Source: Candidatus Woesearchaeota archaeon
GTDB lineage: Archaea > Nanobdellota > Nanobdellia > SCGC-AAA011-G17 > UBA489
Direction of reading: 5' to 3'
DNA: 64,000 nt
Assembly: GCA_964343875.1 (NCBI GenBank)
Contig: CAYFJW010000002.1
Span: 6,797-70,796, forward strand
How positions within the stretch are numbered: position 1 is the stretch's first letter; each line of letters starts with the position of its first letter. Of the stretch, positions 1 to 10,168 are shown piece after piece. A program made the position numbers and the translations under genes. The notes beneath the pieces were generated by a model. That model saw only the letters and a list, made by a program, of their open reading frames with translations, did no database searches and was not told the DNA's origin.

Positions 1-340
1 CCAAATAGGCATATCAAATGTTTTAGGGCTCTCCATTACAACCATATGCAATGCCCCTAATTTGAAGGGTAGGTCGCTCCAGGCTAACTCAAATTGATAA
101 GTTTTAGTTCCACTACTACTAGTTCTATGACTAATGCCAATGTATTCTGTAAGGCCCCCCTCTCCGTGATTGACCACTAAATCTGGTAGAGCATCACCAT
201 TTAACTCTGTACGATGGACTGAATGAATTTCAGCAACTCTCACTAAATTAGAGGTTTCATCATCAGAACACCCAGAACTGAATAAACTAACGGCACCCAA
301 CGTGGCGCCCGCGATAAGATTTCTGAAATTTGTTTTCATT
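1..340 (-). CDS. putative lipoprotein, N-terminal part only (runs off window start)
   Basis: Reverse-strand ATG at 338-340 translates to MKTNFRNLIAGATLGAVSLFSSGCSDDE... (signal peptide plus lipobox-like Cys); frame open to position 1; absent from ORF track because truncated. Confidence 0.4.
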
Positions 341-487
341 ATGTGCCTCAAACCACTAATCCTCGCAACCAAACAAAAGTATATAAACCTTTCCTTAGTC
401 ACTACTGAAAAGAAATTACATATTCCACAACATAAAAACAAACAGAAAGAAAAGCTTAAAAACAAAATTCGATCAAAAATACCCACA

Positions 488-745
488 ATGGACGCTCTAA
501 TATCTAATTTTAGGCTAGGAAGGCATACAAAGTCCAATAACCACATGGTTCTAATAGTGCCTAGCATACAAACTAGAGCAAAAGCAGAGGCATTAATAGA
601 TAAAAAAGTCACCTGGAAATCACCTTCAGGCAAGGAAATCCATGGAAAAATAGCCTCCCCACATGGGAATAAGGGCGCTCTAAGGGCAATATTCGATAAA
701 GGAATGCCTGGCCAAGCTATAGGCCAAAAGGTATCCATACAATAA
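488..745 (+). CDS. rpl35ae: 50S ribosomal protein L35Ae
   Basis: 86-aa product MDALISNFRLGRHTKSNNHMVLIVP...WKSPSGKEIHGKI matches the L35Ae family; upstream part of ORF 302-745 overlaps the reverse lipoprotein and is judged an extension. Confidence 0.8.
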   Translation: MDALISNFRLGRHTKSNNHMVLIVPSIQTRAKAEALIDKKVTWKSPSGKEIHGKIASPHGNKGALRAIFDKGMPGQAIGQKVSIQ

Positions 746-746
746 A

Positions 747-1268
747 ATGGCAACGCTAAGAAGAGGACATTGTAGCTCACCAGTGAAGAGATCCTACACT
801 AGAAAGAGCAAGTATAGAAGGAAAAACTACATCCGAGCAGTCCCTACAAACAAAGTTATTAGGTATGACATGGGCGAAAAAACTAAGAAATTCCCTTACA
901 AGGTAGAGTTACAGGTAAAAGAACCCATCCAAATAAGGCATAATGCCCTTGAATCATGCAGACAAATAATCAATAGAAACCTAATAAGGTCAATTGGACA
1001 AGATTATTATCTTAAATTAAACGTCTATCCGCACCAAGTAATCAGAGAAAATAAAATGCTTACAGGTGCCGGAGCAGATAGAATGCAGACAGGAATGCAG
1101 CGTGCATTCGGAACTCCTACAGGAGTAGCTGCAAGACTAAAAAAGAAACAAACCGTATTCTCAGTTAAAGTTGAAAAAGATAACATCGACAATGCAAAGG
1201 CAGCTTTAAAGAAAGCAACTCCAAGAATGCCTGGAACATTCTCAATTAACATTGTCGAAATTAAATAA
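747..1268 (+). CDS. rpl10e: 50S ribosomal protein L10e (uL16)
   Basis: 173 aa, RRGHC...RYDMGEK N-terminus typical of archaeal/eukaryotic L10e; directly follows L35Ae. Confidence 0.85.
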   Translation: MATLRRGHCSSPVKRSYTRKSKYRRKNYIRAVPTNKVIRYDMGEKTKKFPYKVELQVKEPIQIRHNALESCRQIINRNLIRSIGQDYYLKLNVYPHQVIRENKMLTGAGADRMQTGMQRAFGTPTGVAARLKKKQTVFSVKVEKDNIDNAKAALKKATPRMPGTFSINIVEIK

Positions 1269-1507
1269 ATGAAGTATATACAATACTTTTCACTAAAAAA
1301 TTAAACAATAAATTTAAATACACAGTTCACATTAATATTAACAATGGAATTTCACAGTAAAGTAAAACTATGTATCAAAACAATTACTGTGAAGCCTACA
1401 ACTTCTACAAGATTCAACTAACAAGGCTCAGGTCCTAAGTTGAAAAAACTAACTAAGATTTGAGCCCAAAGTTCTAATAGATTAAATTATATTAAGGAGG
1501 AAAAAAT

Positions 1508-1744
1508 ATGAGAAACAAATTAGAATTGGTCCCTGACCAAGTTATGAGATCTTGCCGAGAGTGCGGATCTAAAACAAGACATTACCGGATGAGTGATGTC
1601 ATAATAGAAGAAGGACAGCACCCCGTAGCCGATTTCCAGTGTATGGGTTGTATGGGAGTGAGAACTATCTTACTCAGAAGAACAGACTTTTTCGAGGAAG
1701 ATATTTATGAAACGCCCAAAAAGAAAAATACAACGACCAACTAA
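1508..1744 (+). CDS. small zinc-ribbon protein (CxxC...CxxC), function unknown
   Basis: CRECG ... CMGCMG cysteine pairs; strong RBS-like aaggagg upstream. Confidence 0.4.
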   Translation: MRNKLELVPDQVMRSCRECGSKTRHYRMSDVIIEEGQHPVADFQCMGCMGVRTILLRRTDFFEEDIYETPKKKNTTTN

Positions 1745-2022
1745 ATTAGCTTTTTTATCTCATCAGGATACTCAGGAAAGTACTTAGCGATTAGCATAAT
1801 CTCAAATTTCTCTAAAATAGATTCTTTAGGTTCCTTAGTTAACAAAAATTCAATTGATTTTTCAACCAATAACTCTTTGCTACACATCTTATCAGTTAAC
1901 TTCTCATAAGATTCATCCTCAACAATTACAACATGTTCAGTAAAAGAATCATCTTCACTAATTGTAACTAAGAATTCATTCTCATTTAATTTCTCAAGAC
2001 TTATTTCCATATCTACAAACAA
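1741..2022 (-). CDS. hypothetical acidic protein
   Basis: ORF only; no recognisable family. Confidence 0.3.
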   Translation of the reverse strand: MFVDMEISLEKLNENEFLVTISEDDSFTEHVVIVEDESYEKLTDKMCSKELLVEKSIEFLLTKEPKESILEKFEIMLIAKYFPEYPDEIKKLI

Positions 2023-3035
2023 ACCTTCGGAGGATTCTTTAAAACTTCATATATAATCTTAATTGCATCCTTAATATCTTGTTTACTAGCAACACTAGTT
2101 GTACTATGGATATTTCTAACCGGCACACCCACAGCAGTGCAAGGAATTCCGCCCTTTGAAACAGATACACTCAAGGCGTCAGTTGTACCAAAGTTACCTA
2201 CATCTGGCTGAATATCAATTTTATGTTTTTTAGCAGTCTTAGCCAACCAATCGTTAATACACTTGGTAGTAATCATCTCTGCGTCCTTATACACCACAAC
2301 AGGACCATGACCAACACACTTACCATGTCCTTCATGCATCTTACCATCATCTGCTTCAGTTACATCCACAACAATAGCATATTCTGGATCAATTGAATAC
2401 AAAGAAGTCTTAGCGCCGTACAATCCAATCTCTTCTTGAACAGTAAAGACGTAATATATCTCTGCTTTAGAATTCTTTAACTTCTTAGCCAACTCCAAAA
2501 CAATATAACATCCAATTCTATCATCCAATGCCTTGCCTGATACTAACTTCCCATTAGCCATTTCCATATAACCCTTCATTAAATAAACATAATTTCCTGC
2601 AGATATGCCAAACTCTTTACAATCCTTCGCGCACATTCCAACATCAACATAAACATCGTCCATCGCAGGCAACGAAGTTAATTCAGCACCATCTTGGATC
2701 TCTTTAGTTGTTAAAACTCCATGGGCCACCTTCCCATTATTAGTAACAATTTTTACTTTCTCTCCCAATAAAATAACAGGTTCAATTCCACCAATTGGAG
2801 AAACAAACACCTTTCCATCAATATCAATTGACTTAACCATCACACCAATCTCATCCATATGTGCAGCAAGCATTACAGAATTTCCTTTTCCCTTTTTACG
2901 AGCAATCAAATTGCCAAACTTATCCCTATAAAGTTCATCCACATAGGGTTTTATCTCTTTCTTAATAATCTCCCTAATTCTACCTTCATCACCGCTTGGT
3001 CCATGTTCCTCTGTTAATTTCTTTAGAAGTTCCAT
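2013..3035 (-). CDS. M42 family metallo-aminopeptidase (TET/FrvX-like)
   Basis: 340 aa; motifs GVMVKSIDIDG, AHMDEIG, DDRIGCY typical of the M42 glutamyl aminopeptidase family. Confidence 0.8.
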   Translation of the reverse strand: MELLKKLTEEHGPSGDEGRIREIIKKEIKPYVDELYRDKFGNLIARKKGKGNSVMLAAHMDEIGVMVKSIDIDGKVFVSPIGGIEPVILLGEKVKIVTNNGKVAHGVLTTKEIQDGAELTSLPAMDDVYVDVGMCAKDCKEFGISAGNYVYLMKGYMEMANGKLVSGKALDDRIGCYIVLELAKKLKNSKAEIYYVFTVQEEIGLYGAKTSLYSIDPEYAIVVDVTEADDGKMHEGHGKCVGHGPVVVYKDAEMITTKCINDWLAKTAKKHKIDIQPDVGNFGTTDALSVSVSKGGIPCTAVGVPVRNIHSTTSVASKQDIKDAIKIIYEVLKNPPKVCL

Positions 3036-3149
3036 TTAGAATCAAGAGCACATAATCTACATTTAAACTTGCAGTGTAACTGACCTGTACTCAAAATAAT
3101 CACCTCTAAATTAACAAAATCGGGTATTTATATAAATCTTTTTGTTGGA

Positions 3150-3452
3150 TTATCTCCAGTAATATCCATGGAAATACGGGTGCTGGGCTCCATAAGCATT
3201 TCCAGAGAAGTGTCCATTTCCATAGCTTCCTGAAACAAATTTATTGCCCACTGTACCACTAAAATATCCATTGTGATAATTTCCAACAATTAATCTGCCA
3301 GAGTTAGTCCAGCCCCAAACTTCTCCGTCAGAATAATGCCCATGTCCTCTGGTGCCATAATGGTTGTGTCCTCTAAAGTTCCCAGCAGAAACAACCGCAG
3401 ACAATCCTAATATTATCAGAAAGATAACTCCAAAAATAATGTATTTTTTCAT
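3150..3452 (-). CDS. small secreted Gly/His/Tyr-rich repeat protein
   Basis: N-terminal signal peptide MKKYIIFGVIFLIILGLSAVVSA, then low-complexity GxYHNGYFSG / GSYGNGHFSG repeats. Confidence 0.5.
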   Translation of the reverse strand: MKKYIIFGVIFLIILGLSAVVSAGNFRGHNHYGTRGHGHYSDGEVWGWTNSGRLIVGNYHNGYFSGTVGNKFVSGSYGNGHFSGNAYGAQHPYFHGYYWR

Positions 3453-3489
3453 ACTATTTCTAATACTTCAAAAAATAAATACTTTTCCC

Positions 3490-3768
3490 TTAGTCGAAGG
3501 ATATAAACTGAAAACCGTACTCTTCCACCTCTTCATCCGACCAGTACTTCAGATCCTTGGTCCTAACCACATATTTCACCTTTTTTTCAATAACTCTCCC
3601 AGTATAACTCTTAGTCCTAGGATCCCACTCCCTCAACACCAAGGTATCCCCTGGATTACATTCAAAATCAGCAAGCCTAGCCTCAAAATTCTTAGTTCCT
3701 TCAAGAACTTTCTCAAAATAACCAGGCCAAGTTTTCTTTTCAATTCTCATAAGAATCAGGATTCTCAC
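3490..3768 (-). CDS. DUF3850 / ASCH-like (PUA-fold) domain protein
   Basis: WPGYFEKVLEGTKNFEAR motif characteristic of DUF3850. Confidence 0.55.
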   Translation of the reverse strand: MRILILMRIEKKTWPGYFEKVLEGTKNFEARLADFECNPGDTLVLREWDPRTKSYTGRVIEKKVKYVVRTKDLKYWSDEEVEEYGFQFISFD

Positions 3769-3780
3769 AGAGTTATAAGT

Positions 3781-4401
3781 TTATTGAGCTCTCCCAGAAT
3801 ATGCCTCAACGCGTCCTTTTGGATTAAGAACTTCCAATAAATTCTCCCCGTATACGTTAGTAGATCTATCAACTAACAACAAAGGACTAACTCCCGCATT
3901 CTTCAAGAACAATGTCTCAGCTAACCTTTCTGAACCAATCAATCCTTCTACCATATGTGCCCACGTTGATCCTCCCAAATGATCTCTAACTATTTCTCCA
4001 AACCTTTCTCTTATTGCTAAAGGCGGACTACATAATCTCAAATCTGAATTTGTATCCCCTACAATATGAACCCTTGGTCCAAACTCATCACCAACTTCAT
4101 TCCTATCATTCAATGGATAGGTCATGCATCTTAACCCTTTCTCCGCAGCAAGAAGCGGCAAAACAGTCAAATACGCACCCAGTAATCCCTTGTCAAAAAT
4201 CCATCCCTTCTCTTTAAGCGCTTTCTTCGCATCAGGATCGACCTTCGATGTCATAAAAACATAGTTCCTTTGGGAATCCACGGGAAGACCTTCTCTAATA
4301 AGAGACCTATTCACAGCACTTCCAATACCAAAATCTATTAATTGGTCTAGGGTTAATTCCAAAGAACTTTGTACAGCAGGTCTCTGCTCATCGTCAGTCA
4401 T
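3781..4401 (-). CDS. hypothetical protein (GC-richer than neighbours)
   Basis: 206-aa ORF, coherent codon usage, no family recognised. Confidence 0.45.
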   Translation of the reverse strand: MTDDEQRPAVQSSLELTLDQLIDFGIGSAVNRSLIREGLPVDSQRNYVFMTSKVDPDAKKALKEKGWIFDKGLLGAYLTVLPLLAAEKGLRCMTYPLNDRNEVGDEFGPRVHIVGDTNSDLRLCSPPLAIRERFGEIVRDHLGGSTWAHMVEGLIGSERLAETLFLKNAGVSPLLLVDRSTNVYGENLLEVLNPKGRVEAYSGRAQ

Positions 4402-4498
4402 TGCTTGAAACCAAATTTTCCTCTAATTAATAAGCATTTACATTCTCCAATAACATCTTTTAAAAAACTTTAAAAACCCATTAAAACTCAACAAAAAA

Positions 4499-4816
4499 AT
4501 GGAAGAAATTTCAAAAAACAACTTTGAAGAAAAAGTACACAATAACAAAAAAACTGTAGTTGTAGATTTCTACAGCGAAACTTGTCCACCCTGCAAACTC
4601 CTAGCACCAGTCTTTGAAAAAGTTGCAGAAAAACTAAAGGACAAAGCAGACTTCTTCAAAATCAAACTAGAAGAAAACCAAGAAATATTCGCAGAATACA
4701 CAATTAGATCCGTACCAACAGTCATAATCATGAAAGAATCTGCACCAATAGCAGAAAGTATTGGATTCAAAGACGAAGAAACACTAACTTCTTGGATTGA
4801 AGAAAACTTAAACTAA
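4499..4816 (+). CDS. trxA: thioredoxin
   Basis: CPPC active-site motif in thioredoxin-fold context (DFYSETCPPCKLLAP). Confidence 0.85.
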   Translation: MEEISKNNFEEKVHNNKKTVVVDFYSETCPPCKLLAPVFEKVAEKLKDKADFFKIKLEENQEIFAEYTIRSVPTVIIMKESAPIAESIGFKDEETLTSWIEENLN

Positions 4817-5020
4817 ATTTCTTTGAGCACTTCCAGCAGAAGCTCTCCCCAAAACACTTATTCTTCCACTAGGAATTTCGGGTTCCTGAGACTCTTCTCT
4901 TCCATTAAATCACGAACAGTCACTTTTAATTCCCCAGTCATTTTGAGAAATATCCCAAATTACTCCATTTAAACCTTACTAGAAAGACTTTTAAACAGCA
5001 TAAATCCCAAAAATTTCGCA

Positions 5021-5401
5021 ATGACAACCCCGACAGAAACAACAGCAAAGGCTACAGAAGGACCCAACTTCTGGGAAACAGCTCGTGCCAGAGTAGGAAG
5101 GAGAAGGGGAGAGAAATTCTTAGAATCCATATTAAGTGGCGACAAAAAGGGAATCGATAGAATTTGGGCAGATCACCTACGCAATGGTCCAAAAAGAAAC
5201 TATGGAGCAATCGAAAAAGCATTTAATGAAACTGTTGGCGATGTCCTAGCAAGAGATTACGCAGGAATGTTTGACGAGATGAACATGGGAAATACATTAT
5301 ACTTTATGGAAACAAGATTGCAAGGCCTAAAAAGCGACAAACTACCGCAAGGAGTAAGAAAAGTTATTGGCAGAACATTGGGTCGACTTTATCAATCTTA
5401 A
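5021..5401 (+). CDS. hypothetical protein
   Basis: 126-aa ORF, GC-richer, no family recognised. Confidence 0.4.
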   Translation: MTTPTETTAKATEGPNFWETARARVGRRRGEKFLESILSGDKKGIDRIWADHLRNGPKRNYGAIEKAFNETVGDVLARDYAGMFDEMNMGNTLYFMETRLQGLKSDKLPQGVRKVIGRTLGRLYQS

Positions 5402-5811
5402 ATAAAATAAGGTCCTTTTTCTAAAATCCCTGCATAGAAATCTTCAAAACAAGTTTTAACACTTAACTCAGGGTTTTCAGCAAGTCCAGCCTTAAGCATA
5501 TCTACAAAAGTCATTAGCGCACCTTCGACATAAGCACCAACTTCTTCTTGCTTGTAACCAACATTACCTCTGACTCCCAATCCAGCCTGAAGCAACTCAG
5601 GAACTTTTGGATTAAAGGCCTTAAGAACTTCTAATGTCTTTGCTCTTCCTAAAACAGAAACAGCATCCATTACAACTGCACCATCATGTATTCCTGTAGC
5701 AGTAGAACGAACTGGGCGTGCAAAAGTCTTTTCCCTCGAAATTCCAGGAGAAACAAGAGGAAATACACTTTCCTCAACCAAATCTGTTAAATCAACTCTG
5801 CCTACAATCAT
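5398..5811 (-). CDS. hypothetical protein
   Basis: 137-aa ORF convergent with previous gene; no family recognised. Confidence 0.4.
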   Translation of the reverse strand: MIVGRVDLTDLVEESVFPLVSPGISREKTFARPVRSTATGIHDGAVVMDAVSVLGRAKTLEVLKAFNPKVPELLQAGLGVRGNVGYKQEEVGAYVEGALMTFVDMLKAGLAENPELSVKTCFEDFYAGILEKGPYFI

Positions 5812-5887
5812 TTTAACAAAAACTCAATTTTGCGCTATTTAAACCTTACTAAGAACCTATTTAAACCATCATTTAAACTATAAAGAA

Positions 5888-7687
5888 ATGGCAAGAAGAA
5901 TAGCAATCATAGAACAGGATAAATGTCACCCAGATAAATGTGGCAATTACTTATGTGCTAGACTATGTCCCATCAACAGAGAAGGAGAAGATTGCATTTC
6001 AAAAAACCCAATAACAAAGAAAGCAGTCATTGATGAAAAACTCTGCACGGGCTGTGGAATCTGTCCTAAAAGATGTCCCTTCGAAGCAATCCATATTATT
6101 AACTTACCCGAAAAACTAAACGAAGAACCAATCCATAGGTTTGGTAAAAACTCCTTTGAACTATTTAACTTACCAACAATAAAAAAAGGTTCAGTTGTAG
6201 GAATCATTGGTAGAAACGGAATAGGTAAATCAACTGCGTTTAAGATTCTAGCAGGAGAATTCATTCCAAACCTAGGCAATTTTAACTTAGAAGAAAAAGA
6301 TAATGATTTGTTAATCCAAAGTGCCACAACACGTTACTCAAATACAATCATGGGAGAATACCTAAAAGACTTATTTGATAAAAAAGTAAAGATCTCTTAC
6401 AAACCACAAAGAATCGAATTACTTCCTAAACTATTCAAAGGAACAGCCCTAGAGCTACTAAAAAAAGTTGATGAAAAAAACAAATTAGAAGAATATATTA
6501 AATTACTTGAATTAACAAACGCAATTAATAATAAAATATCCGACCTATCTGGAGGAGAACTACAAAAAGTAGCAATCATCGCAGCCTGTCTAAAGAAAGC
6601 AGACGTTTATTACTTTGACGAACCGTCCTCATTCCTGGACATCACTTCTAGAATTAATGTTGCAAGACTAATACAATCACTAAAAGAAGAGAACGCAGCA
6701 GTAATGGTTATTGAACATGACATCGCAACACTAGATTACATTTCAGATGAAATCCAAATCATCTACGGCGAACGAGCATGCTACGGCGTATTATCTATTT
6801 CAAAAGGAGTCAGAAATGGAATTAATGATTACCTAGAAGGATATCTGCCAGAAGACAATGTTCGTTTCAGATCCTATCCAATTAAATTCTCAAGATCAAT
6901 CTGGACTCCAGATCCAAATGCAGAAACACTTGTCACTTACAAAGACCTAAGAAAATCATTTGAAAACTTTTCCCTACACGTAAAAGAAGGTGAAATAAAA
7001 CGCGGAGAAGTCCTAGCCATAATGGGTTCAAATGGTTTGGGTAAAACAACTTTTGTAAATCTCATAGCAAACAAACTAAAGGCCGATTCAGGAGAAATAA
7101 GCCTAGATAAAAAAATTAAGGTTTCATACAAGCCCCAGTACCCCGAACCAGAAGACATTACTGTTGAAAACTATTTAAACAAACATGCAAAAAAAGAACT
7201 AGAATCCGGATGGTACCAACAAAACATCATGGAAAAATTAAATCTCAAATCGCTACTACAATCAAACCTAAAAAACCTCTCAGGAGGAGAACTACAAAAA
7301 GTGTTCGTTGCAGGTTGTCTATCAGGTGAATCCGACTTAATTGTCCTAGACGAACCCTCCGCGTTCATAGACATAGAAGACAGAATCAACTTAGCAGAAG
7401 TAATTAAAGAATTCACACAGAAAAAAGACATTGCCTGCGTAGTTGTAGACCACGATGTACAATTCATAGAGTACCTAGGAGATAAAATGTTAGTCTTTGA
7501 AGGAACCCCTGGAAAAGAAGGAACCGTTATTGGTCCTTGCGAAAAGGAAGAAGGAATGAATTTAATCCTAAAGGCCTTAGAAATTACATACAGAAAAGAC
7601 AAAGACACAAACAGAGCAAGAATCAACAAACCAAATAGTCAATTAGACAAAGAACAACGTTCTAAAGGAAGATATTATTACATCTAA
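5888..7687 (+). CDS. abcE1: ABCE1 / RNase L inhibitor-like ribosome recycling ATPase
   Basis: N-terminal 2x[4Fe-4S] ferredoxin-like domain (CxxCxxxC...CTGCGICPKRCP) followed by two ABC ATPase cassettes (GRNGIGKST, LSGGELQ x2). Confidence 0.9.
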   Translation: MARRIAIIEQDKCHPDKCGNYLCARLCPINREGEDCISKNPITKKAVIDEKLCTGCGICPKRCPFEAIHIINLPEKLNEEPIHRFGKNSFELFNLPTIKKGSVVGIIGRNGIGKSTAFKILAGEFIPNLGNFNLEEKDNDLLIQSATTRYSNTIMGEYLKDLFDKKVKISYKPQRIELLPKLFKGTALELLKKVDEKNKLEEYIKLLELTNAINNKISDLSGGELQKVAIIAACLKKADVYYFDEPSSFLDITSRINVARLIQSLKEENAAVMVIEHDIATLDYISDEIQIIYGERACYGVLSISKGVRNGINDYLEGYLPEDNVRFRSYPIKFSRSIWTPDPNAETLVTYKDLRKSFENFSLHVKEGEIKRGEVLAIMGSNGLGKTTFVNLIANKLKADSGEISLDKKIKVSYKPQYPEPEDITVENYLNKHAKKELESGWYQQNIMEKLNLKSLLQSNLKNLSGGELQKVFVAGCLSGESDLIVLDEPSAFIDIEDRINLAEVIKEFTQKKDIACVVVDHDVQFIEYLGDKMLVFEGTPGKEGTVIGPCEKEEGMNLILKALEITYRKDKDTNRARINKPNSQLDKEQRSKGRYYYI

Positions 7688-7688
7688 A

Positions 7689-8402
7689 TTACGCAGCCCT
7701 ATAAAGGAGCCCATTGCTACTTGCTTGGGGATCATGTTTCGCAAAACTTCTAACTAAAAGTCCTGTATCAAAGGCAGCACCGTGTCCATGTCTCCTAGTT
7801 AAGTCCCACAAACCATTGTACAGACTTGCAATCCTCTCTAATTCAGGATGCCTATTTGAACCAGTCATTCCATCAAAAAGCCAGGGTTCATCAATACCAA
7901 CAACCAAATCAGAAAACCAATGTGCAAAGGCTTCACTATGAGAAACTAAATCCCTATGCAAGCCTCCGCTTGGAACACTAAAACCCACTCGTTTGAGTAA
8001 AGACCTAGAAAGAATTTCATTAAAAACAACATGTCCATACTCATGACCCAAAACATGATCAAAGAAGTCTTCTGCCTCCCCCCAACCAAGAGCCATAACA
8101 AAAACTGAGTATGCTCTCCCAGTTTCAGTTAAAGGCAAACGAGCAGCCATCATTCCATCCCTATTAAGGTCAACAAAACTTAGTCGCGCCAAACTTTCAC
8201 GTAATTGAACATGCCATTTGCCGTCAATACCAAGAGAGGTTTCCCCCATACTAGTTCCAAGTTCTAAACCTGGAACAATATAAACCGGTCTTGCAATATC
8301 GCCTTCATAAACGGACCAAGCTTTTTCAAGAACTCTAGCACAATCCTTCTGCCTCGGAGTTAACACTTCTCTTAAAACCACTATAGAAAAATAAACACAC
8401 AA
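7689..8402 (-). CDS. putative zinc metallopeptidase (HExxH motif)
   Basis: GHEYGHVVF HExxH motif; GC-richer than neighbours. Confidence 0.45.
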   Translation of the reverse strand: MCVYFSIVVLREVLTPRQKDCARVLEKAWSVYEGDIARPVYIVPGLELGTSMGETSLGIDGKWHVQLRESLARLSFVDLNRDGMMAARLPLTETGRAYSVFVMALGWGEAEDFFDHVLGHEYGHVVFNEILSRSLLKRVGFSVPSGGLHRDLVSHSEAFAHWFSDLVVGIDEPWLFDGMTGSNRHPELERIASLYNGLWDLTRRHGHGAAFDTGLLVRSFAKHDPQASSNGLLYRAA

Positions 8403-8485
8403 GCAATCTAAAAACCTTTTGATAATCTTTCGTGCCCAAAGAATAACAAACTAACCTTAAATAGAGCAACCCTTTCCAAAAATTA

Positions 8486-8761
8486 ATGACGACTTATAAC
8501 ATAGAAGTAAACAACAGTGATGGAGATCCTTCAGTTCTTTTAACCGGGATTTTGGCAGATCGAATGGGGATCAATTATGAGGCGCCTTTAATGGGCGATC
8601 TTGGGCCCAAGAAAGAACACCATTCAGGAAGAGTTTTAGCCTTTTCAAAAGATACACCAAGAACAAACACACAACAATTAGTTTTGTTTACATTCCCAAA
8701 AACAGAAATTTTAGATCCCACCTTGTATATCTTTTCAAGAAAAAAATTGATAAAGATCTAA
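8486..8761 (+). CDS. hypothetical protein
   Basis: ORF only. Confidence 0.25.
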   Translation: MTTYNIEVNNSDGDPSVLLTGILADRMGINYEAPLMGDLGPKKEHHSGRVLAFSKDTPRTNTQQLVLFTFPKTEILDPTLYIFSRKKLIKI

Positions 8762-8957
8762 GGGGAAATTATGATGGGCAATGGATACGTGCGCCCTCCC
8801 TAGCTCGGAGAGATATTAGCAGGATGTTAAGAGGAGGCAATATTGAGATTTTGGTTGGTAATACAATTGCCGAACAAACAGGTTCGGGTCCATCCGAGTT
8901 AAAGGTTGGAAGTTACACCCCTCCATTATCATAAAAAATAAATCCTGAAGAATCAGA

Positions 8958-9461
8958 TTAAACTGCTTCAGGAATGTCCAAACAATTACAAACGGCAATT
9001 CCGCCGCCACTACCCGTATACAGCGAAGCCCATTTTAAACAAACTCTCTCATAAACAGGCCTACTTCCCCCAGAGATATCGACAATATCTATAAGCTTAC
9101 CTCTCCCCCACTTAACACACTTCTTATCTGTCACTTCTGTGTCACATGTTGGGGACGGCCCCTGCCAATCAGGAAGACATTGATAATTCTCTTTTGTAGT
9201 GCAGTGTGAAACACAATCTGCAAAGGAAGCAGTAATCTCTCTATCTAAGGCACGTTCACAGTAATTTTTAGCTTTTGATTCACTTTTATACTCGCCTTTT
9301 GAAACAGAGATCTCCTCTTGTTTATTTAAAACACTACACGGCGCGGTTTCTGGGGAAACCCCTTCAAAAGAAGCATTTACTTCAGAAATTTGATCTGTTG
9401 CCATCATAAAGGCAAAAACAATCAACACCCCCATTCCAATCACTAAAACATTCTTCTTCAT
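8958..9461 (-). CDS. secreted cysteine-rich protein
   Basis: Signal peptide MKKNVLVIGMGVLIVFAFMMA; 12 Cys in mature part. Confidence 0.5.
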   Translation of the reverse strand: MKKNVLVIGMGVLIVFAFMMATDQISEVNASFEGVSPETAPCSVLNKQEEISVSKGEYKSESKAKNYCERALDREITASFADCVSHCTTKENYQCLPDWQGPSPTCDTEVTDKKCVKWGRGKLIDIVDISGGSRPVYERVCLKWASLYTGSGGGIAVCNCLDIPEAV

Positions 9462-9482
9462 TATAACTCCCTCCATCTAAAT

Positions 9483-10154
9483 TTATTTATCATTATAACC
9501 CTGCTCCATTATTTGATCATCCAGCATTTTTTGTAAGTCATTTTCAGTCAAAAGTGGTTCTTCATGCCCAAAGATTCTGCCCCTAAGCAAACTTTGTTCT
9601 TTCAAAAGCCTTTCAAGACCCTCCGGACCAAGTGTCCCTGGATTCTTTTTTGCTTGATCAATATTATAATCCAATATCCATAGTTGGCGCCTATCTTTCC
9701 CTCCATACCATTCCTTGAGGCCGGTATCAATATCCAAGTCACTTTCACCAAAAGCTGAACTTGGAAGACCATAAACACCCACTCCTTTCCAAAGCTGTTT
9801 GTTATCCGTGAGATATCCCGTAAGCCGATCTAATTGAGATGTTAATTCCGGAGCAGTCCTATAAAGTTGAGAAACAATGTCCAACCCAACATTAAGATTA
9901 GCAATGCCTTTAGAAGCAAGTCTATTTTCTACAGAACTTGGATGCGAAAGGCGTTCTGCTTCTGCACGTTGAACTGCCTCGTAAAATGGTTGGCCCTCTA
10001 AATTATTATGAGCCTGCTCTTGCGTATGCACCGGGTTCGCTCTTTGAGGTAATGCGTCAGAAGGACGATTTAAGTTCAGCCCCCCTAATAGTCCGAGAGT
10101 TGCGCCAGCAACAAGGCCTACTGCAACTTTTCCAATACCATAATTTTTTGTCAT
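9483..10154 (-). CDS. secreted or membrane-anchored hypothetical protein
   Basis: N-terminal hydrophobic segment GKVAVGLVAGATLGLLGG; no family recognised. Confidence 0.45.
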   Translation of the reverse strand: MTKNYGIGKVAVGLVAGATLGLLGGLNLNRPSDALPQRANPVHTQEQAHNNLEGQPFYEAVQRAEAERLSHPSSVENRLASKGIANLNVGLDIVSQLYRTAPELTSQLDRLTGYLTDNKQLWKGVGVYGLPSSAFGESDLDIDTGLKEWYGGKDRRQLWILDYNIDQAKKNPGTLGPEGLERLLKEQSLLRGRIFGHEEPLLTENDLQKMLDDQIMEQGYNDK

Positions 10155-10168
10155 TTTTATCCTTCAGG

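Noticed and set aside
302-487. N-terminal 62-codon extension of the L35Ae ORF
   Set aside because: It overlaps the reverse-strand lipoprotein start and is not part of the L35Ae family. The internal ATG at 488 gives the canonical 86-aa protein.
1025-1252. Antisense and shadow ORFs inside conserved genes
   Set aside because: Examples are 1025-1252, 5947-6327, 6397-6579, 6937-7629, 12237-12515, 13066-13752, 15317-15922, 16950-17303, 20483-20710, 23369-23987, 25149-25340, 27849-28212, 42208-42504, 43762-44211 and 61068-61292. They lie opposite to, or out of frame within, well-supported coding regions and have low-complexity translations. I judge them spurious.
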